DNA of 64,000 bases from a virus. Taxonomy: Duplodnaviria; Caudoviricetes. This document shows positions 46,251 to 56,081 of this stretch, piece by piece; the stretch's first letter is position 1, and each line of letters begins with the position of its first letter. The stretch covers positions 64,045 through 128,044 of IMG/VR virus record IMGVR_UViG_3300042327_001260; one strand, written 5' to 3'. Made by a program: the position numbers and the translations under genes. The notes beneath the pieces were generated by a model that made no database searches, had not been told where the DNA came from, and saw nothing but the letters and a program-made list of their open reading frames with translations.

Positions 46251-46693
46251 CAATACGCCCCTGAACAACGTTTTTTACCGTCAAGTCCTGGTTTTGTGCC
46301 TTTACAAACTTGGACTGCGTATCCATTTGCGTAGGCACTAGGGTAAACATCAAACTTAGATTTTGCTGCGGCTTTACCTCTCGCACATAATTTAGTGCCT
46401 GATTTTTTTCTACCTTCTTCAATCATATCGTCATCCTCTTCATCATGATTTCCTTCACCATTCATTTCATTCATAATAAAATCAAATACTTGATCCATAT
46501 TATTTTTTGCTTCTGCAATATGATCCTGAGCCCAATCATGTCCATGTTCTAAGATAGATTCAACCTCTTCTTTGTCCATATCTAATAACATGTCACATTG
46601 ACGTTTCATTTGTTCTAAATTTGAAAAAAACATATATCTACTTGATTCATGTTCTTCTCTAATAACCTTTCTAATAATTCTATTTAAATTCAT
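46247..46693 (-). CDS. Leader-bearing protein, DUF5872-like N-terminal half (start revised)
   Basis: Leader MNLNRIIRKVIREE; AAKSKFDVYPSAYANGYAVQVCKG. Confidence 0.7.
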   Translation of the reverse strand: MNLNRIIRKVIREEHESSRYMFFSNLEQMKRQCDMLLDMDKEEVESILEHGHDWAQDHIAEAKNNMDQVFDFIMNEMNGEGNHDEEDDDMIEEGRKKSGTKLCARGKAAAKSKFDVYPSAYANGYAVQVCKGTKPGLDGKKRCSGAYC

Positions 46694-46697
46694 AATA

Positions 46698-46880
46698 TTA
46701 TGAGTATAAACCGTTCGTTCCACCTAATTGGATCATGTTTAGTTGTGTTACCGTTCCACCTGTTAAATCGCTAAACACGGGGTGCGGTGGTATAATTTGG
46801 ATAACTTGTGACCCAGTCGCTCCCGTACTACAAATTAATTCACAAACTATACTTTCTGTATTTGCACTTTTATCTGCCAT
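46698..46880 (-). CDS. Small putative structural protein
   Basis: 60 aa; fits the minus-strand operon spacing. Confidence 0.65.
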   Translation of the reverse strand: MADKSANTESIVCELICSTGATGSQVIQIIPPHPVFSDLTGGTVTQLNMIQLGGTNGLYS

Positions 46881-46891
46881 AATTATATTTT

Positions 46892-48370
46892 TTATTTTTT
46901 ATTTACTATTTGAAATTGTAACTCTCTTTTATAAGTATCTACGTTTCTGTCTGAAACCACTTTAATGTCTACAAAATATTCATTAGGTATTTTGTCTTTT
47001 GTGTCAAACATAAAATAATATGCGTCAGGAGTTCTGTTTATCATAGTCCAATCTTGAACTTGTACTTCAGTGTTCGCACCTTCTCTAACATAAATTCTAT
47101 AATACGCTTCAATATTTTCTAAAACATCTTTAGATGAATATGCCTTTTTTATTGTAACGTTAACTTTTCTTAAGTCAGTGTTTAGTATTTTTTCGTTTTG
47201 TTTAATACCATTAAAACTAAATCCGTATATATTAGGACTATTGGTTAGAGTGCCTATTTTATAGTTACCATTTTTCTTTAAAAGTACAAATTCATTTTCT
47301 GCATCATCAATAGGAACCCCATTAACGGACAATCCTTTCCATATATCATAATAAAGACAAGGAATCGAACTACTTGTTAATCCATTAATATCTACTTTAT
47401 AAACTCCTTTTGTGACCAAACATGTTGAAAGTCCTGTGTAAGGTAACACATAATTACCATTAACATCAACAATATCTACAGTTGGGTTTGAGTCAAAACT
47501 AACCGCATTACCATTTTCATAAACATATAGATATAAACTATTATTGTTTCCGGCATAAAACGCATTTCTATCGTCCAAGATTAAATCATCGTAAACGGTT
47601 TCTAAAAAAGGTTCATAAAATGTTTGAGTATGAGGAGAAAAGAATCCAACAGAATAGTTTTCAGACATACCTGATATGTTTTCCACTTGAGGATAAAATG
47701 CAATCCCCCAACCAGTAACGTTTGTTAATGTACCATCTAAAATTGCATTTATTTCGTTGGACATATTAAATTCTATATCCTCGTTACCAAACTCAAAGTG
47801 TTGTGTTGCAACTATCGTAAGTCCACTAAAATTAAGCCCTGTGGTTCCCGTCAATGAGTTAGTATTATCGTAGATTCCCGGATAACTCCAATCAGAAATT
47901 GTTGTTGTCTGAAACCAATTAACAGGCCTAGTCGAAAACGACCTATCGTTAAGGTTCGTTATATTAAAATCATAATAATCATAACCAACACCTGAATCCC
48001 AATTTTGCGGATTACCTGTTGATCCGGAAGTCTTTGGTATTCTAAACAAAACTAAATCAAATGATGTTGCCCTTCTTCTACCTTGCGATGTCGTATCATT
48101 TAATAATTCCTTATCAAAAAATGATGTGTTAGTTATTCTAAGTGTGTGTTTAAAATTTATACCACAATTTTTTGAGATAATTTTTTGGTTTATCTGACTT
48201 GTTAAACCACTTAAATCTATATTAAAAATATAGCGACTAAATCCTATGGGTGCAGAACTATTGTTTGCTTTGCCATAAAATAACTCGATAATCGGATTTC
48301 TTCCGGTATTCGTATAAGAATTAAACATAAGGGTATCCGACTTATCAAAGTATGATCTATATATTGACAT
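46892..48370 (-). CDS. Putative baseplate or tail structural protein
   Basis: 492 aa, beta-rich; TATTTAT upstream; next to the gp5-like gene. Confidence 0.7.
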   Translation of the reverse strand: MSIYRSYFDKSDTLMFNSYTNTGRNPIIELFYGKANNSSAPIGFSRYIFNIDLSGLTSQINQKIISKNCGINFKHTLRITNTSFFDKELLNDTTSQGRRRATSFDLVLFRIPKTSGSTGNPQNWDSGVGYDYYDFNITNLNDRSFSTRPVNWFQTTTISDWSYPGIYDNTNSLTGTTGLNFSGLTIVATQHFEFGNEDIEFNMSNEINAILDGTLTNVTGWGIAFYPQVENISGMSENYSVGFFSPHTQTFYEPFLETVYDDLILDDRNAFYAGNNNSLYLYVYENGNAVSFDSNPTVDIVDVNGNYVLPYTGLSTCLVTKGVYKVDINGLTSSSIPCLYYDIWKGLSVNGVPIDDAENEFVLLKKNGNYKIGTLTNSPNIYGFSFNGIKQNEKILNTDLRKVNVTIKKAYSSKDVLENIEAYYRIYVREGANTEVQVQDWTMINRTPDAYYFMFDTKDKIPNEYFVDIKVVSDRNVDTYKRELQFQIVNKK

Positions 48371-48392
48371 ATTAACTTTTTTATATAAATAC

Positions 48393-49964
48393 TTAGTTAA
48401 TACGAATATTGCTATTTAAAACTTTTAGATACGCCTCTTGCATTTTTGCAAGTAAGTCGTCGGTACTTAATCCATCTAATGTTACTGCCGATGGTGGCAT
48501 TAAAGGATATGGATGGACGTGAGTTAAACAAAATCTTACAATTAAATTTAATAATTCTAAAAGTTCCTCCCCTCTAACCATAGATGATGTTTTTGGTTCA
48601 ATCTCATCAAAAACTAAAGGTTGATCAATTCCATAAACCGTGTTTGGTATGTCTATCTTCCCTTTACCTGGTATTACTGAATCGTGGGATAATAAAAACA
48701 ATTGATTTGCCCCCATCAACGCAACACTGTTATTTGTTAATTCTGAATTTGATGGTACTGAAACATCTTTTACTATATTGTAAGGTAGTTCGGGAGTAAG
48801 CTTGGCATTTAAAACTAAACTATACCCTGGTGTTATATCTGTTGATGATATTTTTACGAGGGTTTGTAAAAGTGCCATGTTTGCAGATGCAATCAAATCT
48901 CCTGTACTGATAAAATTTGTAACCAAATTTCTTAGTCTTTTTGATGGTCGATAATAAAAAGGAAACTGTTCGTTAAGTGACAAATTTGGGTTTAATAATG
49001 AAGTTTTAGGATCGGTAATAATACCTTTAAGTCTCTGATTAATTTGGTTTGATAAATCAAGTAAATTTAATCCTACCGGAAAATTTACCATTCTAATTAA
49101 TCTTACTCCGTCTGTCGAACCTGTTAAATCTAATTCACTGTTATAGTCAAAATTAGATGTTAATGTTTTATATGCCTTTTCATCCGTTCTTAATGCGTAG
49201 ATATATAGGTTGGCGGTAAATGCTGAGAATTGATTTTCAGGGTTAATAACATCATACTCAATTAAATATTTAATCGGTTTTTCATTAGGAACTAATCTTG
49301 TTTTAGATGTTGGTTCTCCGTATGTTATTTTTGAATAATATTTAGATAGTTGTAAATACGCCCTTGTGTCATCTGCTTGAGGTATTTCTCCTGTTTTAAA
49401 TTGTTTGTGTTTTCCTGCCCTTAATAATAACTCGTCTTCTTTAAGAATAATGTCAGCACTATTTCTACCATTTAATGAAATGTCTATTGGTTCGGCAAAC
49501 ACACCTTTATTTGACTCATTTTTAAAAGTACCATTATTATTTTTTATTGGTGGTATATTTTTTGTTGAGTTAAGTGCTCCTGAATCTAAATTTGTTTTTG
49601 ATGACGAATAGTTTTCATAGTTAATTGTTGCCGGTGACGAATACGTACCAATCATGTAAAACTTATTTTTAGTTGTTTTAATATTTGTGTTATAATAAAA
49701 CAACATAACACTCTCGCCAGGTTTTGGTACTTGATTAACAAAGTACGGAAGTAGTGGTAAGTAAATGAATGGATCCAAATCAGACCAAGGACCATTTTTT
49801 TCAGGTGTTTTAGAATTCTCATCAAAACCAACATATGTCTTGTCGGCAGCAGCTATGTTCTGAATGATAGGTTCAACCCTAACCCTACCAAGCATTAATG
49901 GATCCTCATTATCAATACAAACCCCAAAAAATATATTTTGACTATCTTGTAAATTACCCGACAT
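48393..49964 (-). CDS. Baseplate hub/spike protein, gp5/VgrG-like OB-fold N-terminus
   Basis: GVCIDNEDPLMLGRVRV, VPKPGESV and C-terminal THVHP. Confidence 0.75.
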   Translation of the reverse strand: MSGNLQDSQNIFFGVCIDNEDPLMLGRVRVEPIIQNIAAADKTYVGFDENSKTPEKNGPWSDLDPFIYLPLLPYFVNQVPKPGESVMLFYYNTNIKTTKNKFYMIGTYSSPATINYENYSSSKTNLDSGALNSTKNIPPIKNNNGTFKNESNKGVFAEPIDISLNGRNSADIILKEDELLLRAGKHKQFKTGEIPQADDTRAYLQLSKYYSKITYGEPTSKTRLVPNEKPIKYLIEYDVINPENQFSAFTANLYIYALRTDEKAYKTLTSNFDYNSELDLTGSTDGVRLIRMVNFPVGLNLLDLSNQINQRLKGIITDPKTSLLNPNLSLNEQFPFYYRPSKRLRNLVTNFISTGDLIASANMALLQTLVKISSTDITPGYSLVLNAKLTPELPYNIVKDVSVPSNSELTNNSVALMGANQLFLLSHDSVIPGKGKIDIPNTVYGIDQPLVFDEIEPKTSSMVRGEELLELLNLIVRFCLTHVHPYPLMPPSAVTLDGLSTDDLLAKMQEAYLKVLNSNIRIN

Positions 49965-50160
49965 TACTCATTCTTTTTTTATATTCATCAAAAACTTTAT
50001 TATATGACTGTTCAGTCACATCTAAATGTTTTGTTAATTTTATTATTAAGTCCTTAGTCTTCTCAAAGTCAGTTTGTAAAAAATCCATAACTTTTATTAA
50101 ATCACTATTTGAACTATTTTTATAATCACTTAAAATATTTAAAACTTCTTTTGGTTCCAT
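49954..50160 (-). CDS. Small coiled-coil protein (start revised to MEPKEV)
   Basis: ATG 50160 directly follows the upstream stop. Confidence 0.7.
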   Translation of the reverse strand: MEPKEVLNILSDYKNSSNSDLIKVMDFLQTDFEKTKDLIIKLTKHLDVTEQSYNKVFDEYKKRMSNVG

Positions 50161-50161
50161 A

Positions 50162-52141
50162 TTACATAAATTTTCCACGTCCTTTTGACGGTTTAGCAGC
50201 AATTGGGAATGGCCCTGCAAATCCTACCGGTGGTGGTACGTAAACCTCAACTTTTCCATTGGTAAATGTTTCTAAATTACTGCCTTTTATTTGTGCCATC
50301 ATCGACATATTCATTAAATTTGGACCACCATCAGGAGCATCTCCTGTAGGTAAACCTAACCCTTGTAAATTTTCAATCACATTTGCAAACGCTCTTGTAT
50401 CTGACACACCACCTAGTAATGAAGAACCTGCGAGGGCAAAAAGAGGTAATCCTAAATTTAATTGTGATATACCTAAGTTAAGTAATTTTAAAATTTCGTC
50501 AATAACACTTTTACAATTACGATAATCAATAAGTGCTTGTCCTAACACAAGTAATGCATAAACAATTGATGAATACATCGCCAATTGTTTATTCTTCGCC
50601 TCCTTTACTATATCAGATAAAATCTTTTCAACAAGTTGTTTAATTTGTTTTTTTACTATCTTAAATAATTCCTCAACAAAAATAGAAGTAACTCTTTGCA
50701 TAAAATTTACAACAAACTTTTTAAATGTTTTCATAAATTTTTCTAAGTCATCAAATAAATTATCTAACTGTGCAGAAAATTGACTACTAACCGCCTTTAC
50801 CATAATTAAAAACCCTAACATTACTTTAGGTGATAATACAGTTTTAAAAACAATTTTAGGTAATTGGGTAATTAAACTAGTATCTAATGATGCCTTAAAG
50901 TTAATATCTAAACCTAACGACGGAACCAGCTCTTTCCATTTTGGGTCATTTGCTAATTCTGCGATTGCCTGTTCAACTCTATCTATTTTTTTAGAACTAA
51001 CGTTTTCAGTTATAACATCCTCAACAATTGATCTACTTGCTTGTACATTTACAGGTAATCTTAAATCTCCACAATCTTCAAACTGAACAACACCATTTAT
51101 TGTGTTATTAATTTTTTCTTCAATAAATCTAAGTTCTTGATTTGATACTTCGAAAAAACTATCATCTATGAAATCTTGATCACTTAATTTGGCTGTACCC
51201 GCAACATCTATTTTTTTTGCGGGGTCGGTACATACCCCCATAATTCTTTTTAAAATTAAATCGAATTTGGTTTGTTCCCTCATCTCATCGGTTGTTAAAC
51301 CAATACTAAAATCAAAAGCGCCTGTCAATGCGTTCATTATTTCTGCGGTTAAAACATCAAATTGTAATATATCGATACTTCCATAATAATCCCTTAAAAA
51401 ATCAGAAACCGTTGTACGACTATTTAACTGTGGTTTTAAAGTTATTTTAAAGAAATCACCAAAATTTGTAGGACCAATTGCAGGATAAAACTGAACGTAC
51501 TCAATATCAAATAAATCTTGACCTGAAACACCTCTGTAATCCGAACCAAATTGTGTTTGATAAGATTGTCCTAAATTTTGTAATCTTTCATATAACGCCC
51601 TATTAACTGAATTTGGAATTGCACCGGGAGCAGTTGTTGAATTTTCATAATAAAATTTTGCGTCTTTATCATCTGGCGAATATTTAAGTCTTTTGAATAA
51701 ATCAACTTGACTGACTTTAATATAAAACGGTTGGTTTAACTTATCTTCATAGGATTGTTCCTCAGAACACCCGATAGTTGAAACCACTTCTTCTATTAAT
51801 ATTTCGTTTAGTCTACTTTTTGTTGCTTCTGCAGCTTCTAAAAAAAATCGACTAATAGTGTTTAACGATTTATTTCCTGATTTTGGTAGTGATTGTTTAA
51901 ATAAATCTAAAAGTTGTTCTAATTGGTTTTTAACTTCATTTTTTAATTGGTTTTTAATGTCGTTAGTTCCACTCTTTAATTCATTTAATTGTTTTGTAAC
52001 ATCACTTTTTTTCTTGTCTAAAGATGTTTTTGCTTTTTGTTTTTTGGCGATAACATCATTTTTTTTGTTTTCTAGCGTGGTTTGATATGCGCTGACTTTA
52101 CTCTTTGCTTTTTCGTAATCATTATTTAAATCAAGTCCCAT
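50162..52141 (-). CDS. Large hypothetical protein, probably tail or baseplate
   Basis: 659 aa in the structural operon. Confidence 0.8.
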   Translation of the reverse strand: MGLDLNNDYEKAKSKVSAYQTTLENKKNDVIAKKQKAKTSLDKKKSDVTKQLNELKSGTNDIKNQLKNEVKNQLEQLLDLFKQSLPKSGNKSLNTISRFFLEAAEATKSRLNEILIEEVVSTIGCSEEQSYEDKLNQPFYIKVSQVDLFKRLKYSPDDKDAKFYYENSTTAPGAIPNSVNRALYERLQNLGQSYQTQFGSDYRGVSGQDLFDIEYVQFYPAIGPTNFGDFFKITLKPQLNSRTTVSDFLRDYYGSIDILQFDVLTAEIMNALTGAFDFSIGLTTDEMREQTKFDLILKRIMGVCTDPAKKIDVAGTAKLSDQDFIDDSFFEVSNQELRFIEEKINNTINGVVQFEDCGDLRLPVNVQASRSIVEDVITENVSSKKIDRVEQAIAELANDPKWKELVPSLGLDINFKASLDTSLITQLPKIVFKTVLSPKVMLGFLIMVKAVSSQFSAQLDNLFDDLEKFMKTFKKFVVNFMQRVTSIFVEELFKIVKKQIKQLVEKILSDIVKEAKNKQLAMYSSIVYALLVLGQALIDYRNCKSVIDEILKLLNLGISQLNLGLPLFALAGSSLLGGVSDTRAFANVIENLQGLGLPTGDAPDGGPNLMNMSMMAQIKGSNLETFTNGKVEVYVPPPVGFAGPFPIAAKPSKGRGKFM

Positions 52142-52506
52142 TACATTTTATATTTTGTATCGCCACCATCAACATCTTTGTTTATTAAAATCCTTAAAGT
52201 TTCGTCATCCATATCAGATAATGTAAAATTCTCTTCTTTAGATGAAGAAGATTTTTCCCATATTGTTGATTGTAGTTTTGAAAGAGTTAATTTTTTCTCT
52301 ATTGTGTCGTTAATTATTTTTTGTTGTTCTTTAATTACTGGACCAATAAGTGTCATATCTTCAGGATCCTTTAGCATGGCTAACATCTTATTTTGAATCC
52401 TAATTGCCGTGGAGCGTTGTTCGACTAACTCGTTATAAATTTCCTGCATCAAACCTAATACCGAATCTTTATTAAGTGAGATTTCTTTTTTTCTAGTTCT
52501 ATTCAT
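52141..52506 (-). CDS. Coiled-coil hypothetical protein
   Basis: 121 aa; TATTTAT 4 nt upstream. Confidence 0.8.
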   Translation of the reverse strand: MNRTRKKEISLNKDSVLGLMQEIYNELVEQRSTAIRIQNKMLAMLKDPEDMTLIGPVIKEQQKIINDTIEKKLTLSKLQSTIWEKSSSSKEENFTLSDMDDETLRILINKDVDGGDTKYKM

Positions 52507-52522
52507 AACAATAAATATTTAA

Positions 52523-53272
52523 TTATTGATTATGTATTTTTTTTATAGTCTGTAAATATAGTAATTTGTATTTCTTTAAAAACGTCCTAATCTCTTTTGT
52601 GTTCATATTAGTCATTTCCCTTAAGGATAAGAGTACGATATTTTTATTGAACTTATTATTATCATTACCTATAAAAATGTTACCGTAATTATCAAACAAC
52701 TCAATCAGTGCTTGTCCTAATTTAAATTCATTTTCAACTAAAGTGTTTTCATAAACATAAGCTCTTAAGTCAACTAAAAAAACATCAATTATTCTTTCGG
52801 CATCTATTTTTTCAAACTCTAAATAATAAACCATATCAGGACGATTTTCTAAAGTTGCCGATATATCCTCGTATGAAATTTTTCTGTTTGTTTCTTTTTG
52901 GTCTTTTAGAATTTGACCCATTAAATAATTTTTACATATTGTACCAAAATAAGAATACGCCTTTTTATTTTTTGCTGGCTTAAACTTATCCACTTTTGTC
53001 ATTAAAAAAGAATGGGTATCATGGTGGACATCAATGTATTCCATGTCTTTTCTATATAATTTATATCTTCGTATGATAGACTCAATCATTTTGTCTAACG
53101 GCATACGAAGATATTCATTATAAATTTTTTCTTTTTCTTCTTTTGTTTCTGCTAAGATATAATCTCTAACAGCCTCTTCTTCACGGACATCAAAATAGTT
53201 ATTACTTTTTTGTTTTTTTACCGTCTTATTCGTTTCATATGTATTCCCACTGCTTTCATCGGATAGAAACAT
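52523..53272 (-). CDS. Phage sigma factor, T4 gp55-like; candidate late sigma
   Basis: Region-2-like KVDKFKPAKNKKAYSYFGTICKNYLM and N-terminal NNYF. Confidence 0.7.
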   Translation of the reverse strand: MFLSDESSGNTYETNKTVKKQKSNNYFDVREEEAVRDYILAETKEEKEKIYNEYLRMPLDKMIESIIRRYKLYRKDMEYIDVHHDTHSFLMTKVDKFKPAKNKKAYSYFGTICKNYLMGQILKDQKETNRKISYEDISATLENRPDMVYYLEFEKIDAERIIDVFLVDLRAYVYENTLVENEFKLGQALIELFDNYGNIFIGNDNNKFNKNIVLLSLREMTNMNTKEIRTFLKKYKLLYLQTIKKIHNQ

Positions 53273-53274
53273 TA

Positions 53275-54078
53275 TTACTGTTGTTCTGCTACATATTTTA
53301 TATTTCTATCATTTGTGAAGAAATGTTCTTTTTTTGCTGAATCGATCCAAAAAGATACCTCATTATCTGAAATTTTTTCTTCACCATTTTTGTAATTCCA
53401 AAAAATAGATCCTTCTCTAAGGTTCATATGTTTGTAACCAATTCTTGGTACAGTCATTATTTTTGTAGAATTATAAGTAAGTCTTAATAGTAGTTCATAA
53501 ACAAAAGTAAGTTTCATTGATGCTTTAAATCCTCCATTATCTTTAAATGTTGATTTTTTAATAACCATCCCACTAGTTTGGAAGTTTTGGTATGAAAGTA
53601 AAACATCGTTAGTTAGATACCCGATTTCCGTATTTAAACTTGCTGCGAACGTGGCTTCATTTGTAAACCCTACGAACATACCTTTATCGTCAGTATCGAC
53701 AACCAAAGGAAGGAATGCATCTACTTCAGGATAAGAATCGGCAAATCTTTTAACATTTTTAAACCAAATACTTGAATACTCATCATCAAATTCTAACACA
53801 CTAATCCATTCACTTTTGGCGTTTTCAACACCTAAATTAACTTGTGTACAAAAATCAAAATCACCATCATTTTGTACTATGTTTGTGGTTAGTCCACTAA
53901 AATCATAACTTGATAAAAAGTTTTTTAGAGAATCTTCACCTGAATGTACAATCACTAGTTCATTAACTGGTAAACTTTGTATTGATAAAGATTTTATTGC
54001 TCTGTCAAATAAATCATCGAAACCTCTATGTGCTGATGAGTTTATTGGTAATATTACTGATACATTAAATTTTTCCAT
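53275..54078 (-). CDS. Glycosyltransferase family 2
   Basis: VSVILP, NLGVENAKSEWISVLEFDD. Confidence 0.85.
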   Translation of the reverse strand: MEKFNVSVILPINSSAHRGFDDLFDRAIKSLSIQSLPVNELVIVHSGEDSLKNFLSSYDFSGLTTNIVQNDGDFDFCTQVNLGVENAKSEWISVLEFDDEYSSIWFKNVKRFADSYPEVDAFLPLVVDTDDKGMFVGFTNEATFAASLNTEIGYLTNDVLLSYQNFQTSGMVIKKSTFKDNGGFKASMKLTFVYELLLRLTYNSTKIMTVPRIGYKHMNLREGSIFWNYKNGEEKISDNEVSFWIDSAKKEHFFTNDRNIKYVAEQQ

Positions 54079-54083
54079 TTTTT

Positions 54084-55148
54084 TTATTTTTCTTCAGATA
54101 CTTTTATTTTTTCTAATTGTTCAGAAAACGAATTTGTTCTTTTTTCAAAATACTCATTAAACAAACCTAATACTGATGTTTCAAACATGTCTTTTTGTGA
54201 ATATTTCATACCTGTTTCATACATTTTATTATAAAGTTCATCAGAGATATTATCCTCTAACCAATTTTGTGTATAGTTAGCAATAATGTCAACAATCTCA
54301 TTAAATTGGTATGTCCAAACACCATTCTCTTCGTTCATCCATTCAGGTTTTAAGTTAGGCACCTTACCAATTACCGGTGTCCCCGTTATCATACACTCTA
54401 AAGGATATGTTCCAAATGCCGACTCGTTATCAACCCAAACTGAAACGTATGAATCTTTCAAAAATTTAGAAAAATCTTCTTGTTTAATACCCCTCATATC
54501 TCTAAATGTTATCCATCTATATTGTGGGAACTTCAAATAAAAAGTTTTTATAATTTTGGCAGTATCTCTAGGTTCTCTTGTGTGAATAGAAATGATTGGC
54601 TTTGATGGTTTTTCTTTTCTTGTAAAATGTTCTGAAATATATGGTTCAACCATATCGATATTTACATTTTTCATAATTTCTGAAATGTATTTTTTTTGTG
54701 TCTCAGAAGTTGTAATACATTTAATAAAACCATACTGAGCCCAAGTAATCCCTGGAGGTAACGTTTCAAGTATTTGGTCGTATGCTTGACACAAAACAAT
54801 TTTACCACACGGGAAATTTTTTAATTGCTCCATTACGTGTGCGTAGATTTCAGGTATAATAATAAAATCTTCAGGTGAAATTGCCAAATTTTGATTTTCT
54901 ATTGGTTGGTGAGGTAATTCCATGTATTTCTCCCCTAACCACTCAGCAACTCCACTATATTCTTTCGTTTCGTGAATAATAATAGAGTTAAACCCATTAT
55001 TTTTTAATGTTAATGCCATGTCATAAATGTATTTTATTCCGGCTTTTGGGTTACCTTTTGTGTCCTGTACTAAAAAATAAATTCTTGCGGATTTATTAAT
55101 TAGGTTCTCTAATGACTTCTCAAGTTTTTGAATTTTTTCTAATTCCAT
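54084..55148 (-). CDS. Glycosyltransferase, GT-B/GT4-like
   Basis: SAFGTYPLECMITGTPVIG. Confidence 0.8.
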   Translation of the reverse strand: MELEKIQKLEKSLENLINKSARIYFLVQDTKGNPKAGIKYIYDMALTLKNNGFNSIIIHETKEYSGVAEWLGEKYMELPHQPIENQNLAISPEDFIIIPEIYAHVMEQLKNFPCGKIVLCQAYDQILETLPPGITWAQYGFIKCITTSETQKKYISEIMKNVNIDMVEPYISEHFTRKEKPSKPIISIHTREPRDTAKIIKTFYLKFPQYRWITFRDMRGIKQEDFSKFLKDSYVSVWVDNESAFGTYPLECMITGTPVIGKVPNLKPEWMNEENGVWTYQFNEIVDIIANYTQNWLEDNISDELYNKMYETGMKYSQKDMFETSVLGLFNEYFEKRTNSFSEQLEKIKVSEEK

Positions 55149-55152
55149 TTTT

Positions 55153-55437
55153 TTAAAGTGTTTTTAATATATTGTTTATTAATAAAGTATTGAATGCGAT
55201 TTTAAATGGTATTGTTAAATCTTTCGCTCCATGAATACCTAAAGTTTCATCTAACTCTTCTCTCTCAGTTAGTAATACCTCAATTAGACTTTTAAATGTG
55301 TCATATCTTGTAACACTAATTTGTTGGTCCGAGTTCTCAGTATCTCCAGTTATAGGTAGTACTGATTTTTCATAACTAACCTGTTTCTCTAGCTCATTAA
55401 TGTCTAGGTAATAATTCTCTCCTAAAAATTTTAACAT
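55153..55437 (-). CDS. Hypothetical protein
   Basis: 94 aa, within the operon. Confidence 0.8.
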   Translation of the reverse strand: MLKFLGENYYLDINELEKQVSYEKSVLPITGDTENSDQQISVTRYDTFKSLIEVLLTEREELDETLGIHGAKDLTIPFKIAFNTLLINNILKTL

Positions 55438-56081
55438 AATTTGTTTTTTTGTAAAATTTCGTCAAACTCCTTCAATGAACTAATCTCATATTCACAATTG
55501 ACATTTTTATTATAAGGTGTGTTATATTTAACGACAATCTTATTATTTGGTTTTTCTAATAATAAGGAAGGATTTGCCGTAAGTAAAATGTCTATTTCAT
55601 CCCACATTGAATTAATTGTGGTATTTGAGTAAAATTTTATTTTTTCTACTAAACATCCGAACTTTGAAAGAAAGAATAAAGATGCGGGTTTTGATTTACC
55701 CATTTCATCAGAAACTATTAACAATTCATTTTCATCTCTATATTTTAAATAAAATTCATTTAAGTCATTAAATGAAAAAGTTTCTGATGATCCTGCGTGA
55801 CCAAAAATTTGCATTGCAAAATCTTCGTACATAAAAGAGTATAATTCATTTTCATCATTAAATCTAAAATGATCCATTAAATTTAATGACGTTACATCAC
55901 TTAAAATCCTGTATTCAAAATCTTCTTTAGGGATTAATTCCTCTGTATTACCCGACATATCCAGCTCGTAAGTTTTGTTACCGTCTTCTTTTTCATCAAT
56001 CATATGTTTTTCATACAATTGAGTAAACTTCCCAATAGTGTCCCTTAAAACTCCGTTAATCTCAATCCCTATTCTCATCAT
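55431..56081 (-). CDS. HAD-fold 5'(3')-nucleotidase-like protein with degenerate motif I
   Basis: RIGIEINGVLRD in place of DxDGVLxD; ..NTPYN.. near the C-terminus. Confidence 0.65.
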   Translation of the reverse strand: MMRIGIEINGVLRDTIGKFTQLYEKHMIDEKEDGNKTYELDMSGNTEELIPKEDFEYRILSDVTSLNLMDHFRFNDENELYSFMYEDFAMQIFGHAGSSETFSFNDLNEFYLKYRDENELLIVSDEMGKSKPASLFFLSKFGCLVEKIKFYSNTTINSMWDEIDILLTANPSLLLEKPNNKIVVKYNTPYNKNVNCEYEISSLKEFDEILQKNKLC

